Assembly: GCA_964016885.1 (NCBI GenBank)
Contig: OZ024740.1
Span: 302,870,001-302,934,000 of the forward strand
From: Eledone cirrhosa
Lineage: Eukaryota
Reading direction: 5' to 3'
DNA: 64,000 bases
Notes under the pieces: model-generated
The model's input: only the letters and a program-made list of their open reading frames with translations
Database searches by the model: none
Told to the model about the DNA's origin: nothing
Shown here: positions 1 to 11,829 of the stretch, one piece after another
Position numbering within the stretch: the stretch's first letter is position 1
Layout: every line of letters starts with the position of its first letter
Position numbers and translations under genes: made by a program

Positions 1-420
1 CAAATTATTACATCTGAAAGGGAATATAGCGCAATAGAAATAAAATTAAAACCAATCCACAAATCGTTAACCCACAAATCTCCTGAATATATGGTTTCCG
101 TTGCGCTGTGGCTACCATATGAAGTAGCTCCATATACTCTGTAGTGCACTTACTCATATTAACCATCAGACAAGCAGTGAAGCATTATACATGAAGGCGT
201 GCTCTCATACAAGCCATGCAAAACTTATTCATTCAACCCACAATTCATCAAGAAAATAAGACATTAAAACACAATATTAATCAAAATACATATATATTCA
301 TTTTATTCGGGCTAAATAGTGAGTCTTGTTACAAGGTCATCATTAGCCTTATAGAAATGAATATTAAAACTCTACTTCGGTATTGAGACACTTTTTTTCT
401 CAGACGTCAACCACATACAG

Positions 421-482
<62 letters not shown>

Positions 483-498
483 ATATATATATATATAA

Positions 499-692
499 TA
501 GAAAGTGAGGTTTCTTTTACAAAATGAAGAATAACCGAGGTGTCCTACACGAGTGAAAGTATAAGGAAAAAAGATAAATTCGAAAATGCAACTGGAGTCT
601 TATTTTTTTTAAATATATATTTATTTGGTTCCTTTACCGGTTTCGCAGTTCTTCTGCTTTTCAAAAGTAGAATTGAGATGGAGGGTCTGTGG

Positions 693-698
<6 letters not shown>
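499..698 (-). mobile_element. ~200-bp HHR-bearing element between (TA)n tracts; second copy at ~28909-29112 (+)
   Basis: Dispersed inverted copies of high identity, both bounded by microsatellites. Confidence 0.7.
632..667 (-). ncRNA. Hammerhead ribozyme variant with U3:A8 core
   Basis: Minus strand: cuu UUGAAAA gcag aagaa cugc GAAA ccgg UA aag. Confidence 0.62.
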
Positions 699-734
<36 letters not shown>

Positions 735-1522
735 GAAAGCGGGGGAGAGAGAGAGAAAGGAAGAAAGAGAGCGAGAGAGAGAGAAAGAGAGAGAGAAAGC
801 ATTGAACGGATTACAACAAATCATTTGGAATTGGGTTCTGATTGTATTCTCTCTCTCTCTCTTTCTGAGAGGGTGAAAATGTAAAGTGACGTTGTCGTGA
901 AATGTAAAAGTGAGAATGAGAGAACTACTCTACAGAAGATAAAAGAAAGCATAACCCGAAATTTGAATTGAAATTTCTGTTGTTGAATTTAAATTTCAGA
1001 GTTTTAGCCAATACTGTTTTATGAAATTGATTTGAAATTCCAAATCGTTTAACAAGAATTTAAATGCAAAAAGAAAAATCAAAGGAAAAGATATTCTTTA
1101 TTTGAAATCTCCAGCACTAATTATAACCAATATTACGTTTTCAAAATATGAAACTCCTCAATGTGGCTATTATATGATAATCTGCCATAGATTTCATAAT
1201 TTCGTTTTCAGAACAATGACGTCCGTGAATTTATTTAAATGATATTCACGTTTAGAGAAGCTATTCGATCACATTCATCGTTTAAGGGATGATTCGGTAA
1301 ATCAACAAGTTAATTGCTCACTTAACATCTTAATTAGGCATTCGAATATATGTACATATACAAGTATGCAAATGTGTGTTGTGTGCGATTGTGTATATGT
1401 GTGTATGTGTGTATGCGTGTATGTCTGTTTGTGTGTGAGTTTGTGTAAATAATCGAAATTTGTGTCCAAATCTTTAATTAATCTTTTCCAACTCTATAAT
1501 AACAATGTTTTATGAAATATTT

Positions 1523-1704
1523 ATCTTTTTGTTTCTATGGCTTAAATGGTTTTATGTTAGTTTTAAAGATCTTTGTATTCTTTATACTGTGTAACATAAG
1601 TATCGTATTGAGTTAGTTTGTTTAAGATGTATGTATGCATACATGCATGTGTATGTATTTATACACACATGCACACACACATACGTACGCACACACACAC
1701 ACAT

Positions 1705-1772
<68 letters not shown>

Positions 1773-2127
1773 ATGCATGGGGTGGGGTATACAAAAGGAT
1801 AGTTAGAGTATTAAACATCTTGCCGATATATTCAATTACTATTTTAAAATTGGGTACTCCTTTAACTAACACTATCAGATTGAATTAATTTCATATTTAT
1901 TTTGAATGGCCTGTCAGTATTCCTGATTAGCGTGTGTGTGTGTGTATGTGTGTGTGTGTGCGTACGTATGTGTGTGTGCATGTGTGTATAAATACATACA
2001 CATGCATGTATGCATACATACATCTTAAACAAACTAACTCAATACGATACTTATGTTACACAGTATAAAGAATACAAAGATCTTTAAAACTAACATAAAA
2101 CCATTTAAGCCATAGAAACAAAAAGAT
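1523..2127. repeat. Inverted repeat, ~195-bp arms (1523-1716 / 1932-2127)
   Basis: Arms are near-exact reverse complements; spacer includes (TA)n. Confidence 0.9.
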
Positions 2128-5100
2128 ATTGGAGACAACAAAAATATTTACATATATTAATTGATTAATCACATTGATATTTATACAATCTAAAACATTT
2201 AATCTACTTAAGTGGAATAGAGCTTCGGGAGTTTCAATAATTTTAACCATGAAAACATTCGAACACTGGAGATGTTTTTATTTATAGTAATGATGTGAGT
2301 GGATTGTCCATAAAGAGGAACTTTAATGTTTATCAAATTAGTTTCAACCACATCTTAAAGATGATTGATCATAGTTTTTGTATTTCCATAGGACTCGGTG
2401 GGCGTTTGGTATACCCCAAGCTGAGCGTATTGCGTGCTAAATACAAATGCAGTAAGATCTTACATGTTTAACATGGTGAGTTGGTAACATTCGAGTAACT
2501 GAGATTATTTCTACAATTAGTAGAGCAGACTGCATTTATTTGTATTTGAAATCTAGAAAGAATAACATGCAATAAAGTCAATTAATTGTAAGTTGTAGAA
2601 TATGAGGATCTTTTATGCATCGATAAGTATATATGTATATATGTATCCAACCCACGCTGTCATTAATTGAAAACTCTTCGCCTTTTATGTCAACCACCAT
2701 TTTGAAAATATGAGCCAGTTTTCGAAAATGAATGAGACGTTGATGAAGATTAAGCCATTGGTTGAAAAATTTATTTGAGAAGCCATTAACATACGGTCAC
2801 CTGACCTACTAAACATAGTAGTCAAATCCCTTTTAATAAAAGCTATGATGAAAATTGCCTTACCTGATATACAAAGCAATGCGATTGCCACAACTAGAAA
2901 GCTTATTTTCATAGGTTGGTTTGATACCGACGGATTTGGGAATACATAATATCAAGCATTACTACGTAACGACAAGATGAAGTGTTTGCAGAGTCACTCG
3001 ACCAGCCAGAAATAGTAGGCAAATTTCGCTCAAATCACACAATATGCTCATATTAGGAAATATCACTAACATATATATAGGACAATAGCATGTATAGACC
3101 AGCAGAAAAACCACCTGAGTATGACGTTTCTGCTAGTGCAGTACAGATGGGCTGTACAGGTGGAAGTGAATCATGTCCATTAAAGCTAACTAATGAAAGA
3201 GATGGACATGTGCTGATCTTATCAGATCGCCACAGCACAACATGTCCATTGTCCGTTTCAAATACAAAATCTATCCCCATTTGCATTCCCCACCCCTAGC
3301 CCCTCAAAATTGGCTGTTGTTTTAAGTTTTAACACTCTTAGAGGGAGGTCTATATTTACTAACTGTATTAATAATCTCTGTTAATCGATTTTTCTCAACT
3401 CACTTTATTACATATTCTAATATTTTCTTTGTATGATAAAATATAAAATATCGAATTTCTGAAGTCTTTATAATAATTCTATACGGAAAGTTTCCGTTCC
3501 GAAGTAACAAGCATCCTTCTTCAAATTTTCGACTGCCGCTGCTTGAAAATCACTTTGCATATTAATACCGCTCACCCTTTATAAATAATAGTAATTCGAT
3601 CTACTGTGTTCTAACCAAATAAAAACTATTTTATCTTTTCTTTTGAAATTGAATTATTGACAAGTAATTCTTGCTACTTTCAAACTTATGGGTTAGCGGG
3701 ACAGTTTTCTTTGAAATGCTTAGTTATTTTTGTAAAAGAAAGAATAATGCATTGTAATAATGCAGAAAGAATAATGCATTGTACGTATTTTATCAAGTGC
3801 CAATCAAAACATTTCGCACGAGAAGGGTCTATTTCATATTCTTACATAAGAAACTGATTTTTTGGCTGTACAAAACCTGTTTCAATATTAAGACCCTAGG
3901 GGGAATTAAGAGAATTTTTTGACAGAAAGAAATATGAAAAATGTGAATTCAAAGACGGAATGTTTAGTAATTACACAAAGAAAGAGGGGAAATGAACAAG
4001 ACCATATCTGCTAGGTTTTGAACTTGGTTTCTATGACCATAAATTTAAAAGCATCTATCTATTAGATCAACGTGCTACTGTTTCAACGAAGTAAGTAATC
4101 ACGTCAGCTATATTAATAGTAAGTTGTAACAAGATACAAATAAAGCTTCGTTTATTTCTAGTGTTGTATTTTAATATTTCAGCTATATTAAGGTAGAGAT
4201 GAAATTTAAGAAATATTCCATTTTGTTCAAGAAATCAGATTTTGTAATTGAATCAATTTTTGATAATAGATCCTATATAGTTATTTGAGCTCTAGACGTA
4301 CTGGTTCACATGCAGCTAAGATTTCTTTTGATCGTTATGGAGCATTGATTAACGCCTCTGTAGCTCAAGTAAGAGGGAAGGGTCGGTTAATGTGAAACAC
4401 TTTCATATACAGATTCAGTCGAATAAAGAGTAGGGGAACGCATAAGTACAGAAGAAGTGTGGCGAAAATCTAAGCGAGAGAAAAGGAGAAGGAGAAAGAG
4501 GTGGGAAGAGAAAGAAGAAGAACATAATTTAAAAAGAGAAATATTATTCTGAAATGTTACACATGACTGATATAAGAAGTATACCCATCCTTTAGTCTGT
4601 TAAATTATATACTATCCCCATTTCTATGCCGCAAATGATAAGCAGGCGGAGAATGTTGATGCTAAAGAATGATGAGGAAAGAATATTGAACGATAATGAT
4701 GTGAATGTAAATAGGATTAATGAATAGTTGAATCAATTGCGTTGCATAACTAGTATTGATTTCTTCTATAGGCACAATGGTTTATTGGAGGACATTCATA
4801 CATTTCCCAAGTGTATTAGTGAAGGTGAAATCGAGATAGAATTGGTTTGTAAGAGACTAAACAGCTCCCAACATTTGTTTGATCAATATGGACCTCCTTA
4901 ATATTAATATTTATGACAATACCGATTGTCTCACTGAATTCTACGGTGGATTATACGTTTATCAAAGACCGTCCATATTGCATGTATAAAATACCAGGAA
5001 AATACCTCTAGCATAGTATCTTACTGTCTTCTAATAGAACATATTGGATTCCATGTCTAAGATAGTCACTAGTAAAAGGCCTTTTATTTGGGTTTACACA

Positions 5101-5267
5101 AAAATACCATAACCTTCATTTCAAGTTGGGATAATCAGCGCACTATAATGTCAAATTGGGATCTAAAATCTATTACATTAAAGGGTTTAGAAAACAATGT
5201 GTACCATTACACCATATATAGTAAATATTAGTTTTAAAGGATTAGAATATTCCAATTATTATATATA

Positions 5268-5894
5268 CTAGCAGTATATATACATGTAGATATGATACAT
5301 CAAATAAAATCGTAATTGACAATATATAATACATAGAAATTAAACGAAGACTACGTTACACTGTCTTATTTAATCAGTAACGTAATCCATGAAACATTAC
5401 AAAAAGACGATATTATATATAAACTGCATTAGGAGAAAATTAGTGACAGAAAATTATTATGTTTATTTAAGCGATGGCCAACCGGAAGTGTTGACATTTC
5501 AGAAATTTTAAAGAAGTGAATCTTTAAATAAACAAAATATATTTAATCAACAGCCACGAAATTTAGTAGATAAATTATTCATCTCATTATTATTCAAAGT
5601 AAGTATCCAAAGTAGGGCGATGGATTGGCAGTATCGGTAGAGGGTCGGACACCATGCTTTCCAGCATAGTTACGTCCCTTTGCGGTCTGAGTTCAAATCC
5701 CGCCGAGGTTAACTTTGCCTTTCATCCTTACGGGGTCGATAAAATAAAGTACTAGTAATGTACTGGGTAATTGCTGGCCTTGTGCCAAAAGTAGAAATAA
5801 TTATTATTCAAAGTAATCCAACTTATTTTACTAGTGGGATAACAAATTATAAACCGTACGCAGTCCCGCGCTCCTTACTTTATTATAGTTTAGA
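5268..5894 (-). mobile_element. Probable non-autonomous Helitron with nested SINE
   Basis: Minus strand 5' TCTAAACTATAATAAAG and 3' CTAG at an A/T site; subterminal hairpin not evident. Confidence 0.45.
5613..5803 (+). mobile_element. tRNA-derived SINE with target-site duplication
   Basis: Box A tggcagtatcggtag, box B gagttcaaatccc, core gcctttcatccttacggggtcgataaaataaagtac; direct repeat attattattcaaagtaa at 5586-5602 and 5800-5816. Confidence 0.88.
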
Positions 5895-6009
5895 TTAAAA
5901 TATTATACCTCGAATATTAATTAGCTCTTCAACATTTCCAATGTACAATTCTTTAAATCAGTAGTGTACTATAAATTATAATTACACATTAGAATTTAAA
6001 TATTTTACA

Positions 6010-7950
6010 CTAGCAGATTTACCCGGCGTTGCTCGGGGTTTGAAATTATGCTAAGACTATACAGCTAGGAAGTAAAAGAAGAACATTATTTGTCCCAACC
6101 TGTCAAAATAAGCAGAAGTCTTCAATAATTAATGCAAACGAATATTTAGTGCAATCTTTGTACACATAAAACTATGCTGATAATGAAGGAAAACACTGAA
6201 CAGGATGTAGTTATACAAATGATTAAAGACAATACACGTTGCAAATCTGTAAAAAATACAGGCAGTTTTGCTAAAGTACAAAAAGTTGTAATGAAAGCAG
6301 AGTTGTATACAAACAAAAAAACAATGAGAGTAGAATAAGAGAATATATATTCTTTGAGAGCATCCTTTGCTGTGTATGGTTAAATTTTGAACTTATAATC
6401 CAAAATATCCTGCATGACATATTCATTGGTATGTTTTGTAATGAGTAAGGTGAAGTCAAGGCAGAGCTGTAATAAGTTTTTTGTTAACACTAAAGCACTT
6501 CAGGATAGACGATATTCTTTGTTTTTCTTTTCGCAACAAACGCAAAGAGATTATCTCGACTGCCAACTCGTGAGCAGGCAACGTAGAATTGTCCGTGCGA
6601 AAAGCAAGGTTCATCCAAGTGAATTCCAGTGACGGACAGAGTTTGACCTTGCGACTTGTTTATGGACATCGCAAAGGCAACACGAAGGGGAAATTGGGTT
6701 CGGCGAAAGGAGAAAGGAGTATCCACGCCTGATGTAGTCAGGCTAATTTTTGTTATTATCACATCCACGCCTTTTCCACATCCGGATAGAATGGTAGCAT
6801 CAATACTAAGTGGAGACGGTTTTTTAACCACAAGGCGTGTACCATTGCATAGTTTTGAAGGAGTGATATTTCTCAGCAAAATAACTGGCGTACCCTCTTT
6901 CAGAAACAATGTATTAGGAGGTAAACCAGGAGAATTTAAAGAATTTAGAAATTCAACTCGATAGTTGACCGCATCCACATATCAATAGATTTATATATCC
7001 GTGGACATCCAGGAAGAATCCTGTTCAGTATGTTCCTTCACTGTCAAAAAGGTTTGATGTGTACGAATACAGCTGGAAGCATAGATAATGCCTGCCTCAA
7101 ATGTGGACGAAATTACTTTAAAAATGTAAAAGCTGTAGGTCCCAATGGTTTGAATGGAAAGTCTCATAAGGATTGTTCTAAAAATAAACAAACCATCATC
7201 AAAATCTCGTCAATTCGAGACTGCTGCGAGATTAGGCCCTTACCGCAAAAATTAACACTTAATATAGTGAAACAAGTTAAAACAAGTGTTTTTTTAACTT
7301 TGAAAGTGCAACAAATTTTGTTGGTATCAACATGGCTTATGAAAGTTTTAAAAATGTAAAAGTTGTAGGTCCCAATGTTTTGAATGGAAAGTCCCATAAC
7401 GATTGTTTTAAAAATAAACAAACCATCATCAAAATCTCTTCAATTCGAGACTGCTGCGAGATTAGGCCCTTAACGCGAAAATTAACACTTAATATAGTGA
7501 AACAAGTTAAAACGACAAGTGTTTTTTAACTTTGAAAGTGCAACAAAGAATAAACAAGAAACAAACGATAATATTAGTGATTTATCTTCAAATGAATCTG
7601 ATGTTTATATTTCAGAAATTTCGTCCAACGATGATTGTTGTTTTAAAATTGAAAACGAAGGTCTCTCTTTATAAGGATTGTCAATAAAGTTGGTTATCTC
7701 CCTTTTTTATAAGGGTTGTCAATAAAGTTGGTTATCTCCCTTACATCAATTTTGCTACCGATAATTTTGATATCGATTTTTCATTGCTCAACGTGGGTCG
7801 ATTGGAAAACTTTTTGTGATGTGACCATCTTAGCGACCTGTGCAACGTGCACAGAAAATTTGGTCAAATTCGGTTGGTAATTGTAAAAGCCTTAGGTATC
7901 CAAAGTTGTACACAGACACACACACATGCTCGCTTTTATATACATAAAGA
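6010..7950 (-). mobile_element. Internally deleted Helitron with both termini
   Basis: Minus strand 5' TCTTTATGTATATAAAAG at 7950; 3' hairpin cccgagcaacgccggg then CTAG at 6013-6010; inserted between A and T; internal ~200-bp direct duplication 7117-7315 / 7347-7547. Confidence 0.88.
6490..6978 (-). pseudogene. Helitron PIF1-like helicase C-terminal fragment
   Basis: EFLNSLNSPGLPP..LLRN..LCNGTRL..RRTQFPLRVAFAMSINKSQGQTL..FSHGQFYVACSRV..KTKNIVYPEVL. Confidence 0.92.
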
Positions 7951-9080
7951 TTTTTAATGGACTCTTTCACACCACCCTTACTTTTCTCTAAAGCACTTCT
8001 CGTTATAGTTGGTACCAGTTTACTCTTCTATATATGGGTATTATCGAGGTGTAGGGTACATTTTACAGCTATGTGTTCTATTCTCAAATATTGTGTTACT
8101 ATGCGGCGTTCTTCCCATGTCAAATCCCTCCCATATAAACAGCTATCATAGAACAACAGAACGCAGCATATTAATGCGTTCAAACTTATGTAAAGTTATA
8201 TTATAAACGATTATGTTACAAGTAATAAATGGAAACATAAAATAATATAGTTATCAATAATGGAGAAAATGTAGCAAAAATTAATTTAAAGAAAAATATA
8301 AGCACCGAGATTATATGCATGAATGTCCAGAATATAATTGTGTTTCTATAGAAGTACCTGTCCCTGGAGGGAATTTATTAATTATCTATAGTTCATTTAC
8401 CAAAAGAATTACATAGACGTTTACTGAAAGAATGGCTAAATTTGCAAGGTAGTACTATTTTTAATTGTATTTGTGTTTCAACTATTTAGCGAGTTAATGA
8501 GAAATTAACTAAAGAAAAATAGAGAAAATATGATTTCTTAAAAGCGATATTATGCTACAAATTTACAGAGGTGATAGTAAAAGCTTTTATGCATTTCTCG
8601 CGGATATTTATTACATAGGTGAAATGTATCTGTTCAAACTATCAAAAAACTACGTTCTGAATATATAATCATACCACGATATCTGGGGAGTTGTAAGGCT
8701 TCTGAAAATGTTATTAATGATCTAACTGAAAATGTTCTAATTGGTAATCTAAAATATAGCCTTAAAGAAAATATATAAATAATATGAGAAAAAATACTAA
8801 TGGAAACTAATGAGGTCCTAGAAACAATATGGCTGAAATACAAAGATGAAAATGGTCACGACTGAAACAATTTTAGTGATATATGTCTACCCACTCAATG
8901 TTGACAACCAGTTGCCTCCATGAATTCGATAATAATTGGGTTAAGGACACCGAAGGTAAAGATAATCTTTGTTCATGGCTGAACAATGCTAAAGTGGATA
9001 TGAAAGTAAACATATCAATATTGTATATCATCGCATAAAATATGTGTATGCTTTTTTATCATTTTTATTATACAACACAT

Positions 9081-11670
9081 TAGGGAAATGGATCGGCAGT
9101 ATCGGTAGAGTGTAGGAAACATATTTTGTGGTATATAGTTACGTCCCTTTACGTTCTGAGTCCAAATCCCGCCGAGGTTATCTTTACCTTTCATCCTTAC
9201 GGGGTGGATAAAATAAAGTATCAGTTACGCACTGGGTTTGCTTTAATCGACTTTCCCATCTCCTGAAATTGGTTGATAAAAATAAAGTACCAGTATCGTA
9301 CTGTGTCAATTTAATCGATGTTGATGAAATAAAAGATCAGTCAAGAACTGGAGCTAGTTCAATGGACTTTCCCTTTCCACACCCAAATTGCTACCTTTGT
9401 GTCTAAATTACAAACCATGGATTGGCAGTATCGGTAGAGGGTCGGGCGCCATGCTTTGAAGCATAGAGTTACCTCCCTTTATGATCTGAGTTCAAATCCT
9501 GCCGAGGTTAACTTTGCCTTTCATCCTTACGGGGTCGATAAAATAAAGTACCAGTAATACACTGGTAATTGCTGGCCTTGTGCTAAAAGTAGAAACAATT
9601 ATATAATGGATCATATGACTACATTTAATTTACTTCGGATTTTGTAAAACCATACTGCAAAGAAAATTAAAAATCGACATATATGAAATATATAAGAAAG
9701 TCATATAAAAATTGTGACAATGCATAATCACAAACATTAAACTGATAATGAGATTAATATAGTCCCCTTTTTTAAAGTTTTATTTCTATATTCCAGCTAC
9801 TATAAACTCATTAATTACTTCTTTGGTTCTGATTGACAAGCCTCATTATTTATAAACAATAAAGGGTGGTGGATTGGCAGTATCGGTAGGGGGTCGGATG
9901 GCATGCTTTGAAGCATAGAGTTACGGCCCTTTATGATCTGAGTTCAAATCCCGCCGAGGTTAACTTTGCCTTTCATCCTCACGGGGGTCGATAAATAAAG
10001 TACCAGTAATACACTGGAATAATTGCTGGCCTTGTGCCAAAAGTAGAAACAATTATTTATAAACAATAACGAAAATATAATTGTTTTTTAAATATAGAAT
10101 TACATATTAGAACACTGTGTACGGCTCAGTCAAATTTATAAGGGTCACCAAATTATTATAATCGTTGTTGTTGATGTTGTTATTATGCACTGGATTGGCA
10201 GTATCAATAGAGCGTCAGACACCATGCTTTGCAGCATAGAGTTATGGCCATTTACGTTCTGAGTTCAAATCACGCCGAGGTTAGCTTTGCCTTTCATCCT
10301 TACAAGGTCGATAAAATAGAGCACCAGTAATGCACTGAGATAATTGCTGGCCTTGTGCCAAAAGTAGAAACAATTATTAGAGCGGTGGTTTGGCAGAACC
10401 GGTAGAGCATCGGACACCATGCTTCGCGGCATAGTTACATCCCTTTATGTTCTGAGTTCAAATCCCGCCGAGATTAGCTTTGCCTTTTATCCTTAAGGGG
10501 TTGATAAAATAAAGTACCAGTAATGTATCGGCGTCGATTCAATCTACTTTCCCTCCCCAAAAATTGTTGGCCTTGTGCCTAAATCAGAAATCATTATAAA
10601 TATTATTATTAGGGTAGTGGGTTGGAAGAGTCGTTTGAGCATCTGACAAATGCTTAGCTGCAAATGTTCCGGTTCTTAATGTCCTGTGTTCAAATCCTGT
10701 TGAGGTTAGTTTTGCCTTTTATCCTTTCGAGGTCGATGAAATAAAGAGTCAGTAACGTCAATAAAATTGACATTTCCCTTCCCTTCAAATTGATGGCCTT
10801 GTGCCAAAAGTAGAAACAAGTGTTGTTGTTGTTGTTTGTTGTTGATGCTGCTGATGCTTTTGTGGTTTTTAGTGCAAACTTCGCCAGAGGCTGCTTTGTT
10901 TAATCCTTATATAACTAATCAAAGCACTGCCATCTTACTTTTATTATGTTATTTGGCAGTATCGGTAGAGGGTCGGGCGCCATGCTTTGACGCATAGAGT
11001 TCAAATCCCGCCGAGGTTAACTTTGCCTTTCATCCTTTCGGGGTCGATAAAATAAAGTACCAGTAATGCACTGAGATAATTGCTGGCCTGGTGCCAAAAG
11101 TAGAAACAATTATGTTATGTGTTTTGAATTGTTTTATTGTTTTTTTTTAGTTTTGCTTTTGTATTGAAAATCAAACGTGGCCAAATTTGCCTTTTCATTC
11201 TTCTGAATTCAAATTTGTGGTTGTAAGAATGGTGAATAACTGAAACAGCAGAATTGAGGATTCACTGTCTCCAGTTACTTTTTTACTCCTCTTTATATTT
11301 CTGCGAACAGATTGCGCCGAAGTCTACCCTGTTTTTCATGTTTTCGAAGTTGATCAAGAATGTAATAGTAATATACTTGCATTAAATTAATCGAGTATTG
11401 CTCGCTCCCAAATACATGACGCTGTGTCAATGTTAATATTATTCAGTGTAAAAGGGTGATAAGTTTGGTGATATCAGTAGAATGTCGGACAACGTTTCAT
11501 GGAATAGGGTTATTCCCCTTTATGGTCTGAGTTCAAATCCCGCCGAGGTTAGCTTTGCCTTTCATTCTTACGGGTCGATAAAATAAAGTACCAGTAATGT
11601 ACTGTGGTCGATTTAATCGACTTTCCCCTATTCCAAAATTGTTGGCATTGTGCCTAAATTAGAAACCAAT
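9081..11670 (+). mobile_element. Cluster of about 8 same-strand copies of the tRNA-derived SINE
   Basis: Copies start near 9088, 9419, 9869, 10190, 10383, 10612, 10954 and 11455. Confidence 0.88.
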
Positions 11671-11829
11671 ATTATTCATTGTAATATTTAACATTCTTGA
11701 CCATAGCAAGTTCTGATGTTCGTTTTACTCATCAAACATTTTCTACTTCCCTTACCGCTAATGCCACATTGGTTTCTATTTTCATTTTACTTGGCTCTTT
11801 GGATGACATCGTTTTAGGTTTGAAGTTAA

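Noticed and set aside
9081-11670. Recurrent sequence resembling tRNA genes or a CRISPR array
   Set aside because: No cloverleaf, irregular spacing, ~190-bp units, eukaryotic context: SINEs.
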